64,000 nucleotides of DNA. Origin: a virus. Positions 54,227 through 61,984 of the stretch are shown in pieces. The notes beneath the pieces are model-generated. The model ran no database searches. It was not told the DNA's origin and saw nothing but the letters and a program-made list of their open reading frames with translations. The translations under genes and the position numbers were made by a program. Location: IMG/VR virus record IMGVR_UViG_3300045988_174823, one strand, 5' to 3'. Numbering within the stretch: the stretch's first letter is position 1; each line of letters starts with the position of its first letter.

Positions 54227-54976
54227 TTCTTTCTCGGTTTCATTCCATGCCAAAATCCATCGGGGAGAGAGGCGTCCTTGCAAATAGTAGCGTTTATTTC
54301 GCCGTTAGTTATCCTAACTTTGCCTTGCATAGGGTTCGTGTATCCACGTTCATACCTATCGCGTAATTTCTTTCCAAAATCTTTTCGCCGCTCCTCGGGC
54401 CAGCGATTATGCCAGTTAGGGTTATTTTCACCCTTGTATCGCCCTTTCATTTTAGCCGACAAATTTGCCTTTTGTTCAGCCGTCCATCGGTTGCCGTAGT
54501 TTGGATTCTTTTCGCCTATGTATCGCCCTTTTAAGGTCTTCGAAATTTTTTTTCTTATAATCAGTATTATCTAAAGCAATTTGACGTTTTTGATGAATTT
54601 GCTTCATTAATTCTGGATGATTCTTGAATGTCTTTTTAAGCGACCGTGAAACTTTCAAAGCAACCTCTGGAATCAACATGGGTGAGCCGCTTCCAAACTT
54701 ATTAGCCGTACCCGATAAGATATTGTAGCCAATCCTCTTATTGGTTGAATTGAGTTTCTTGATGTATAGCATTCCCCAGGCGTCGAGTTGTAACTGGGTA
54801 TCGCATACGCGGAGCGTTTCACGCTTGAAGTTCTCAGGTCCGTAATGTTTAACCGCGTTCGTCAAAGATACACCACTACCCAAATACCCGTCAAACTCGT
54901 CAGATTCGCAAACATGTTGGCCGATATAAATCTTGCCGTTAATTAGGTTCGTAGTTTTGTAAATTATACCGTACAT
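54223..54976 (-). CDS. GIY-YIG / NUMOD3 homing endonuclease (copy C) inside dnaE, frameshifted at an A8 run
   Basis: The intact N-terminus is MYGIIYKTTNLINGKIYIGQHVCESDEFDGYLGSG...ENFKRE. The frame breaks at the A8 run (54546..54553). Removing one A gives ...KKKISKTLKGRYIGEKNPNYGNRWTAEQKANLSAKMKGRYKGENNPNWHNRW..., which runs into ORF 54223..54462. Confidence 0.75.
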
Positions 54977-56667
54977 AAAGTTCGCAATTTATCAATATCT
55001 ATGTCGAGGTCTATATTTGATAAATCGCAGTCTATGTCTATCGCTTCCCCGCTTCGAAGAGGAATCTTAGTATTTTCAGGCAACTTGAATTTCCCGTATC
55101 CTTCTATTTCTATCTCCCAGAATTTTGGGATGTTAACACGCGTCTCGTTCAAGAAACGCTCAAACATCAAGTTGTATTTCAGCGGATCAACATCCGTAAT
55201 ATACAGGCAATACGCAATCAGCGAACCACACACTGAACCACGGCCCGACCCGGTCATGATACCTTGTTCGCGGCACCAGTTCATGATGTCCCAAAGTATC
55301 ATAAAGTAGTCGCACAGCCCGTTCGGCACGATAATGGCACATTCCTTTTCCAACTCGGCCATATAGTGGTCGAGATTATCGACTTTACCTACTAACCGCT
55401 CTTGTACGCCAGCTTCAAGTTTTTCAAAAAAGGCGTCTTCAACCGTAGTTTTTACAAACTCGTATTTCGGTAGATGGCGTATTCCGACGGGTATCTGAAA
55501 GTCTATACTCTCCGTCAACGTAGTGGAATTAGCCATGCCATCAATTATCTTTTCGTAAAGGGGCGCGGCTACGTCCATCCACTCTTCATACGCTAAAATC
55601 GTCTCTTTTGAGTTTTTGAAATACTGGGTTGCGCTTTCGGCATTGACCACGCCTGCCACCTTGTTCAGGAGCGACTTCAGCGGAGCCTCTTCAGGGTCGA
55701 GATAGTACGAGTCGTTGATAACGAGCGGTGGTGTATCGCGGTAAAGTTTAATTTTACGGCAACGACATACGTAGGTATCAATACTTTCCAAGTGATCGCG
55801 GAATAAGGTTTCGGACGCGTACTCCACCGTATCGATCTGGTAATACACACGGTCGAATGCGGCGTGATAGGCCGTCAGTAACCGCTTGCAACGCTCGACA
55901 TCTCCCTTGAAATAGTTTAATTCACTGTCAGGCGGTATTACACATACCAGGCCGCGTCCTAACTTGTAGAGTTCTTCCGCGGGTATAAACCCCTGATAAT
56001 CGACGTTTATAGCCTTATTAACCAATAACAGGTTACGCCATCCGTGGGTACTCATGGCGTATAGCTTCAACGAAAAAGTTTCCTGAACATCAGCTGCCGG
56101 ATCATAGTTACAAACCACGGTAACGGTTTCACCGATGATAGGTTTCAGTCCCTTGCCTAAGCAAGCGGTCTGAAAGGCGAGCGTGCCAGCCAGCGTATTA
56201 CGGTCACAAATACCCAGAGCCGTCATACGGTTGAATTTGGCCTTAGCAGCCCACTCTTCGCAGTTGGACGAACCGTTCAAGAACTCGTATTCGCTATGAA
56301 CACCCAGGTGAACGAACGGAACCAGTTCCTCAGCCGTGCTTGTACCAAGATATTTGAAGTCGCGGAATTCGGGACGGAAAACCACAGTTTTATCCAGCCG
56401 CAGGTGGTCCTTTTTGATATTCGAGTAGTAGAACTTGCCGCCGAATTCGAAGAGAATGTATTTCACCACGCCATCGTACAGTGCGTCGAATTCAGCAGCC
56501 GTTACTGCGAACGAGAATCGTTCGTCGATTATCTTTCCGCTATCGTCGGGGTGTAGGTACAAGAAGTCCCCTACACCCTCAATGGCGATTATGTTCAATT
56601 CGTCGTCGCGCTTTTCTTCGATAGCCAGATAGTTATCTTCCGCCCACCGACGTAGCGAGTCAGTCAT
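54964..56667 (-). CDS. dnaE: DNA polymerase III alpha (DnaE-type), N-terminal fragment (PHP domain and start of palm)
   Basis: The PHP motif is LGICDRNTLAGT. GRGSVCGSLIAYCLYITDVDPLKYNLMFERFLNETRV is present. DnaE-like sequence stops at 55135, followed by a 56-aa unrelated tail. Confidence 0.85.
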   Translation of the reverse strand: MTDSLRRWAEDNYLAIEEKRDDELNIIAIEGVGDFLYLHPDDSGKIIDERFSFAVTAAEFDALYDGVVKYILFEFGGKFYYSNIKKDHLRLDKTVVFRPEFRDFKYLGTSTAEELVPFVHLGVHSEYEFLNGSSNCEEWAAKAKFNRMTALGICDRNTLAGTLAFQTACLGKGLKPIIGETVTVVCNYDPAADVQETFSLKLYAMSTHGWRNLLLVNKAINVDYQGFIPAEELYKLGRGLVCVIPPDSELNYFKGDVERCKRLLTAYHAAFDRVYYQIDTVEYASETLFRDHLESIDTYVCRCRKIKLYRDTPPLVINDSYYLDPEEAPLKSLLNKVAGVVNAESATQYFKNSKETILAYEEWMDVAAPLYEKIIDGMANSTTLTESIDFQIPVGIRHLPKYEFVKTTVEDAFFEKLEAGVQERLVGKVDNLDHYMAELEKECAIIVPNGLCDYFMILWDIMNWCREQGIMTGSGRGSVCGSLIAYCLYITDVDPLKYNLMFERFLNETRVNIPKFWEIEIEGYGKFKLPENTKIPLRSGEAIDIDCDLSNIDLDIDIDKLRTLCTV

Positions 56668-56668
56668 A

Positions 56669-57886
56669 TTACAGGAGTTTATTGATTTCTGCGTTAGAAA
56701 ACCTTGCCGCGAAGAAATTGCGAGCCAACATCAGGTAGTCCCACTTTTCTTCAACGGATACGGTCCCTGTGATACGGTCCATCAGCACAAAGCACGACTT
56801 CAGCAACGAATCACGGTCATCCTTATAGGCACCAATATTTCGCTTGTAGAAGACGTACACCTTCAACATCTGGTAAACTACCCAGAAATAGGTTGATTTC
56901 TCAAATACGTAGTTCTCAAACCCGGCCTCGTCTTCCAAGATATTGCCTTTTGCGTATCGCACCGCCAAACGATTTATCATCTCTTCCATAAAGGCCGTTA
57001 TTTCACACAGGCGGTTTACCGGAACCTCCGATTCGAACTTAAAGTCCATCATATACGACATCGCTCCCTCGTAATACAAGCTGCGGCGCGTATTATTGGA
57101 CACGAAAAGTTCGCTCATCTGCTCGGCGATATTATTCCATTCGTAGATATGGAGCGACTGCGAGTTGTGAGTCTGAACACCTAACTCTACCCCCAAGCAG
57201 AGGGACATTACCTCCGTCAGGAACGAGAACTGAAAGATGTTCGTTGGTAAGCCCCAGTGGAGATCATTCGAACGGTTCTGGACCGTGGTAACGAGTTTCC
57301 CATCGCGGATTTTCAACATCACCATATCGTTACACGGCAAGTCCTTCGATTTCACGCCGAGGTCAAACTTAGGATTCCAAATCGACATCACAACCTGACG
57401 TGTTTCCGGGTCAGTGCTCAGCAGGCGAATGGCTTCCTTCACCTGATCCAGGCCCGGGTCCATCGACTCACCCTCGGACGAAATACCCCAATGACGCAAA
57501 CGCCAGCCGTAGGGAGCGTGGAACGTAACGCCATTATCGGAAAAATCGACCATCTTGCCGTTGAAGATCTTCAGGAACTCGACGTCCTTACGGCCCGTAA
57601 CTATCCACATAGCTTCAGCCAGCAGGAAGAAGATGTTGATGTTGCGGGCATAGCCGCCTACACAGCGGCGATACGGGTTGTTGATTATTGTCTTGACATC
57701 GAGCAGTTCGCGTACCTTACCAGCACGAGAATCCTGAAGCGGGAGCGTCGTCATCATCGTGCGGTTGATATACGGATACACCTCGGCGAACGAACCGCGC
57801 GGATCGGTAAATACCACACGCCGCCGATAGTCAAACTCAAAACGGCTAATGCCTGTTTCGGTCTGGGAAATTGATTCTTGCTTCAT
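56669..57886 (-). CDS. thymidylate-synthase-fold enzyme, dUMP-type (thymidylate synthase or dUMP hydroxymethylase) with a ~130-aa C-terminal extension
   Basis: The catalytic Cys is in DLPCNDMV. QNRSNDLHWGLPTNIFQF has Asn at the base-specifying position, which is Asn in ThyA and Asp in dCMP hydroxymethylase. SLHIYEWN is present. At 405 aa it is much longer than the ~260-320 aa typical of ThyA. Confidence 0.7.
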   Translation of the reverse strand: MKQESISQTETGISRFEFDYRRRVVFTDPRGSFAEVYPYINRTMMTTLPLQDSRAGKVRELLDVKTIINNPYRRCVGGYARNINIFFLLAEAMWIVTGRKDVEFLKIFNGKMVDFSDNGVTFHAPYGWRLRHWGISSEGESMDPGLDQVKEAIRLLSTDPETRQVVMSIWNPKFDLGVKSKDLPCNDMVMLKIRDGKLVTTVQNRSNDLHWGLPTNIFQFSFLTEVMSLCLGVELGVQTHNSQSLHIYEWNNIAEQMSELFVSNNTRRSLYYEGAMSYMMDFKFESEVPVNRLCEITAFMEEMINRLAVRYAKGNILEDEAGFENYVFEKSTYFWVVYQMLKVYVFYKRNIGAYKDDRDSLLKSCFVLMDRITGTVSVEEKWDYLMLARNFFAARFSNAEINKLL

Positions 57887-57936
57887 ATCCTTAATACGGT
57901 TTTATCTGGGGTAAATAACGTTGAAGACGGGTGGAC

Positions 57937-57963
57937 GAAAAACCCCGGCCGTCATGGCCGGGG
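57937..57963 (-). terminator. rho-independent terminator
   Basis: The minus strand has CCCCGGCC-ATGAC-GGCCGGGG (8 bp, all GC) followed by TTTTT. It lies 40 nt downstream of the stop at 58003. Confidence 0.8.
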
Positions 57964-58002
57964 CGGGTAATTTAGTAACCTATCATATCCTCCCTTCCGG
58001 GT

Positions 58003-59043
58003 TTATTTCTTGGCGGCCTTGGCTTTCTTAGCGGCCGCCGCTTTCATGAGCGCAGCACGGGCCTTAGCTTTGGGATCCTCGGCGGGCTCATTTGCTTCAG
58101 CCTTGGGAGCAACTTTCTTCGTAGCGGGCGCGGGTTTCTTAGCGGCCGGAGCGGCGGCTTTATTGCCGGTTGCCTTCAGATCGGCCTCCATCTTTTCGCG
58201 GTTCTTACCCAGACGCGTATCGGCGGTAGAAACGGCCGACTTGATATCGTCGAGGTAGGTCTTTACAACCTCCATCGCGTCGTTCCAGGCGATACCCTTG
58301 AGCCAGGGCAGGTTGTTCCACGTCATGACGAAGTCAAGACCATCCTCGGCCAGCTTGTCCTGCGAAGCCTGACTGCGGAACGTATTCAGGACGACGTTGG
58401 TCGTAGTGAACTGGCCGTCTTTCGAGTACACGTTCTCGAACATGATGACCACCGGATGCGAGTTGGCGCCGCCGAACTTGATGGAGATACCCTGCGACAC
58501 GGCGACGTACTGGAACTCCTTTTCAGGGAAGAACTTGCTCAGTTCCTTGCGGAGCAGGTCGAGGTGCTCAGGGTTCGTCTGAGGCTTCAGACGAATACCC
58601 TTTTCGTCGTGCTTCGAAGGCTTTTTGGTGGTCTTAGTTTTCTTGGGCTCGGCCTCTTTCTTGGTGGCGGGTTTCTTAGCCTTGGGCTGCGGCTTGGATT
58701 CCTCAGGCTCGGGCTCTGCTTCCGGTTCAGCTGGAGCGGCCTCTTCAGCCTCCTGAGCAGCCTCTTCTTCCTCTTCGGCGGCTTCCTCAGCCAGCTCGTC
58801 GGCCTGCTGCTCGGCGGGCGTAGGTTCTTCAGCCGGAGCGGCCTCTTCAGCCGAATCGCTCTCCAGTTCGGCGAACGAACCGACGATGTCAATCAGGTTG
58901 TCAATCGTCTCCTCGTCCATGCCGGGGATTCCAGCCTGCTCAAGACGCTCAATGAGGATCTTCTTTGCCTCATCCTCGGTATTGGCGGTAATACCGAGTT
59001 TCTTCAGCCGTTCGGCGTTCACTTTCGAAATTTTAGTTGCCAT
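58003..59043 (-). CDS. low-complexity DNA-binding-like protein (HeH/SAP-like N-terminus, acidic PAE repeats, histone-H1-like K/A tail)
   Basis: The N-terminus is ERLKKLGITANTEDEAKKILIERL. The middle is EEAAPAEEPTPAE... The C-terminus is KKPAPATKKVAPKAE...AAAAKKAKAAKK. Confidence 0.45.
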   Translation of the reverse strand: MATKISKVNAERLKKLGITANTEDEAKKILIERLEQAGIPGMDEETIDNLIDIVGSFAELESDSAEEAAPAEEPTPAEQQADELAEEAAEEEEEAAQEAEEAAPAEPEAEPEPEESKPQPKAKKPATKKEAEPKKTKTTKKPSKHDEKGIRLKPQTNPEHLDLLRKELSKFFPEKEFQYVAVSQGISIKFGGANSHPVVIMFENVYSKDGQFTTTNVVLNTFRSQASQDKLAEDGLDFVMTWNNLPWLKGIAWNDAMEVVKTYLDDIKSAVSTADTRLGKNREKMEADLKATGNKAAAPAAKKPAPATKKVAPKAEANEPAEDPKAKARAALMKAAAAKKAKAAKK

Positions 59044-59076
59044 GATTTTTGTACGTTTTAGTGAAACAATTTTTAT

Positions 59077-59709
59077 TTATTCATCGTTTAATCGGTAATA
59101 ATCGTATCTTGTTGGCGTATAATATAACGCTGACTTGTGATTTGCCAACAAGTAGGCTTGCTGTTCGGCAATAATTTGGTCAACAAGCGTACACGCGTCA
59201 CTGAAGAGCATGTTAGGGTCGTATCCCTCAACAGCAGCCCGCGGTGTGCGTAACATACGCGCCATCATGCCTTTACTGCGTCCCCGTATGTGGAGAGAAA
59301 ATATAACGCGCTTCATTCCTGTAAGATTGGCCAGGACATCAACGCCATTTATCACAAAACGGTTCAGCTCCGGCTCAGTTTGGACGACGTCCTCAATGCC
59401 GCAATCGTAAGCCGTTTGGTCGATTCTCAGTTTGTGGTTTTCCTTGCGGATAGCACGCATTAGGTCAGTACACTTATTCGAGCAAGCGCACTCAACGTAG
59501 TACCGCAACGGAACAGGTCGTGTAGCTGTACCGCGTCGATACGCTAACCAACGGCGTCCATACGCCTTTATTGAAGTGAAGATTTTTAGGCGAAACTCTT
59601 GTAACAAATCGTCGCGTTCCAACGACAATTCCTCATAAGAGTAGAGTTTGTTGGCGTATTTAACGGCCAGGAACTCTAATTCTTTGTAGGCTTTTTCCGA
59701 CGCTTTCAT
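59077..59709 (-). CDS. sigma-factor-like protein (tentative)
   Basis: The region-2-like segment is DDLLQEFRLKIFTSIKAY and the region-4-like HTH is LTGMKRVIFSLHIRGRSKGMMARML. A promoter-like motif lies 48 nt upstream. Confidence 0.4.
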   Translation of the reverse strand: MKASEKAYKELEFLAVKYANKLYSYEELSLERDDLLQEFRLKIFTSIKAYGRRWLAYRRGTATRPVPLRYYVECACSNKCTDLMRAIRKENHKLRIDQTAYDCGIEDVVQTEPELNRFVINGVDVLANLTGMKRVIFSLHIRGRSKGMMARMLRTPRAAVEGYDPNMLFSDACTLVDQIIAEQQAYLLANHKSALYYTPTRYDYYRLNDE

Positions 59710-59756
59710 GCCAATTAGGTTTTACGATTGCGGACGTTTTACATACATCCACAGTA

Positions 59757-59787
59757 CGAAGGTAGGTGAAAATTTCCAATGTACAAA
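59757..59787 (-). promoter_or_regulatory. promoter-like motif TTTG-N19-TACCTTCG
   Basis: The minus strand reads TTCTTTG-N19-TACCTTCG, in the 105-nt gap upstream of gene 59077..59709. Confidence 0.5.
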
Positions 59788-59814
59788 GAACTTTACAAAA
59801 ATTTTCAAAATTTT

Positions 59815-60243
59815 TTACAACACACGTATCACTTCTGACTTAGGTACGTTGTCGGCATATACCTGGCTTCGCTCGTTGTAGAGCGTTATAAAATCGCCTT
59901 TCACAGCGTCGAGTTTCCACACTTCACCCCGGTAGGAAAAATCGCTGTTGACCGAATAATAATTCATCCAATCCTTCGCACTCATGGCGAACAGCGGACG
60001 GTTCAACGAGTCAAACAGTTCAGCCCTTACATCACGCATCTTCTCAGGTGAAGTGAAGATAGAAGTCAACTTATTACGGTTAGCGATATCGCATATTTTC
60101 TCGCGCTTGAATTCCATCACGCGTGAGAAATATCGCTTATCCTTGGGGGAGAAATATATTTTGCGCCTGAATTCGGCCATCAGATATTCACGCTGTATAA
60201 CGCGGAAATACTCCGCTACCGACAAACTCCTTGCGTTATTCAT
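59815..60243 (-). CDS. hypothetical protein
   Basis: 142-aa minus-strand ORF. Confidence 0.55.
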   Translation of the reverse strand: MNNARSLSVAEYFRVIQREYLMAEFRRKIYFSPKDKRYFSRVMEFKREKICDIANRNKLTSIFTSPEKMRDVRAELFDSLNRPLFAMSAKDWMNYYSVNSDFSYRGEVWKLDAVKGDFITLYNERSQVYADNVPKSEVIRVL

Positions 60244-60246
60244 GAT

Positions 60247-61161
60247 TCACCTTTTTAGTTTTCCTATCACATTCCAAGCAAAATCGCGTGGACGCTGTAA
60301 ACGCTCAAATACTTCCAGCGTCTCGGCTTCATTACACTCGTCAATATCTTTCTTGGTCGTGAAAACTATATTTGTTGAAAAGTACTTATCCAATTCGAAT
60401 GCATACTTTTTAATCTCTTTTATGGCGTCAAAATCGTAAAGTAATACTACCGCGCGAACACCCTTTTTCTGGAGCATGGCGCGTTGGTAGTCGCTTATTT
60501 TCTTGCCGAACGTAGCACAGCACTTGACATCATCACAGTCATCTAATCGCAACCGACGATCAACAGCTATTTTGTCAAATACACCCTCAACCAATATCAC
60601 CGTTACGCCAGAGGTCTTTATGTCGTCATAGCCATACAACATCTTAGCGAAGTCGGCCCCGGTATCATTACGCCAGCGTAGGACGTCGGGCGGAACCTTT
60701 TTGGAAGCGTAGCGGCCCTGAAAAGCCGTGATGACTCCGTCGGTAGTAACGGGTATCAATATGTAGTCGGCGTACCGCTTCATGAGGTGAGTGCGCCCCA
60801 GTCCGTACCGTTTCATCACCGCCGGAGTCAGCCCGCGGTCACGTTCGAGGTAGGCATCGTGTAGGCAGACTTTGTAGCCTACTGGCATCTTCCGCGCCGG
60901 TAGGGCTTCCAGTTTAACGTCTTCAGCGGCAGCCGTCGTCAAATCGCGGATTTTGGGTATTACCTCGCGTTGTTCGATGGTGGCGCCTTCTAACAGGTAC
61001 AGTTTATCAACAGCTGCAAGTAATTTATATATTCCACCACTATTGCCACATTTTTTACAATCCCAGGCGCCTGTATTCTTATTGACGTACATATGTTTTG
61101 ATTTCCCGCAAAACAGGCAATCACATATTATTTGGTCTCGCTTTCCAAAAACTGGATTCAT
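60247..61161 (-). CDS. dnaG: DnaG-like primase (zinc finger plus TOPRIM)
   Basis: The zinc finger is CLFCGKSKHMYVNKNTGAWDCKKCG. TOPRIM motifs are ILVEGVFDKIAV and VLLYDFD. The ATG at 61161 avoids overlapping the endonuclease gene; the track start at 61242 is the alternative. Confidence 0.8.
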   Translation of the reverse strand: MNPVFGKRDQIICDCLFCGKSKHMYVNKNTGAWDCKKCGNSGGIYKLLAAVDKLYLLEGATIEQREVIPKIRDLTTAAAEDVKLEALPARKMPVGYKVCLHDAYLERDRGLTPAVMKRYGLGRTHLMKRYADYILIPVTTDGVITAFQGRYASKKVPPDVLRWRNDTGADFAKMLYGYDDIKTSGVTVILVEGVFDKIAVDRRLRLDDCDDVKCCATFGKKISDYQRAMLQKKGVRAVVLLYDFDAIKEIKKYAFELDKYFSTNIVFTTKKDIDECNEAETLEVFERLQRPRDFAWNVIGKLKR

Positions 61162-61183
61162 CAAGACCTCACGCCAATCAATA

Positions 61184-61939
61184 TTACCTACTCTTCTTGA
61201 CATAAATACGGTTATTCTTGCTCCTACCTTTACGCCATCCATCTGGAATATCCGAACCGCGTTTTATGAGAACGTCATCGACGCCGTTAGTTATCCAAAA
61301 TTTACCAAACGATGGATTTCCTTCACCACTCATTCTCTTTGAATGACGTTTTTTGAATTCTTCACTGTGGTGATGTCCGTAAAAAGCCGTTTCCGCGCCT
61401 CGCTTTCCAAAATTAGGATTCTTATCTCCCAAAGTCGCTTTCCGTATATTAAGGCGATGTTGTTCAGTAAATTTCATACCTTTCCTCGCTTCAGATAGTT
61501 TTCGGCGAGATTCTTCACTCATCTTAACGCCAAGCCGCCGTTCTCGAGCGCGTTGGCGTTCCTCTTCAGTGAAAACGTGTTTATATATTGGATTTAATTT
61601 TCCCATCCTTGAAGCAGATATCTTTGCCCTGACAATAGGATGTTTACTCGGCGCACCGTGTTTGAATCTACAACTTTTCAACAAGTTATATCCGCAACTT
61701 TCGTCAGTGGCATTAAATTTCAAAATAAAGTAACATTCCCAGCCATTCAACTGAATTTGATTGTTACAAATCTTAAGCGTTTCGCGCTTAAAATTTTCTT
61801 TACCAAATTCATCAATAGCCTTTAATATTTCACTCCCGCTGCCTAAATACCCGTCGAATTCGTCAGATTCACAAACGTGTTAACCGATGTAAATCTTGCC
61901 GTTGACGAGGTTCGTAGTTTTGTAAATTATACCGTACAT
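61184..61939 (-). CDS. GIY-YIG / NUMOD3 homing endonuclease (copy B) with an in-frame TAA at codon 20
   Basis: The ATG at 61939 gives MYGIIYKTTNLVNGKIYIG-TAA-HVCESDEFDGYLGSGSEILKAIDEFGKENFKRE... NUMOD3-like repeats follow (GDKNPNFG, GEGNPSFG), then a C-terminal WITNG...PDGW. It sits between the primase and helicase genes. Confidence 0.7.
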
Positions 61940-61968
61940 GTTACCAGTTTTATACGGTTATAATTGTT
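61845..61968 (-). repeat. second copy of the ~125-nt homing-endonuclease 5' module (see 45006..45129)
   Basis: Direct comparison of the two segments shows 95 identical nt followed by 29 nt with 2 mismatches. Confidence 0.85.
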
Positions 61969-61984
61969 CATTCTTCAGTAAAGA

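Noticed and set aside
54977-55134. Group I intron as the explanation for the dnaE interruption
   Set aside because: It is not fully excluded, since U precedes the 5' boundary and G could end the insert. It is disfavoured because only 158 nt and ~40 nt flank the endonuclease ORF, both polymerase frames extend into the insert, and the downstream fragment has an ATGA-coupled start. RNA evidence is needed.
58456-59061. 201-aa plus-strand ORF and the other ORFs nested in 58003..59043
   Set aside because: These are frame and strand shadows of a low-complexity A/E/K/P-rich gene.
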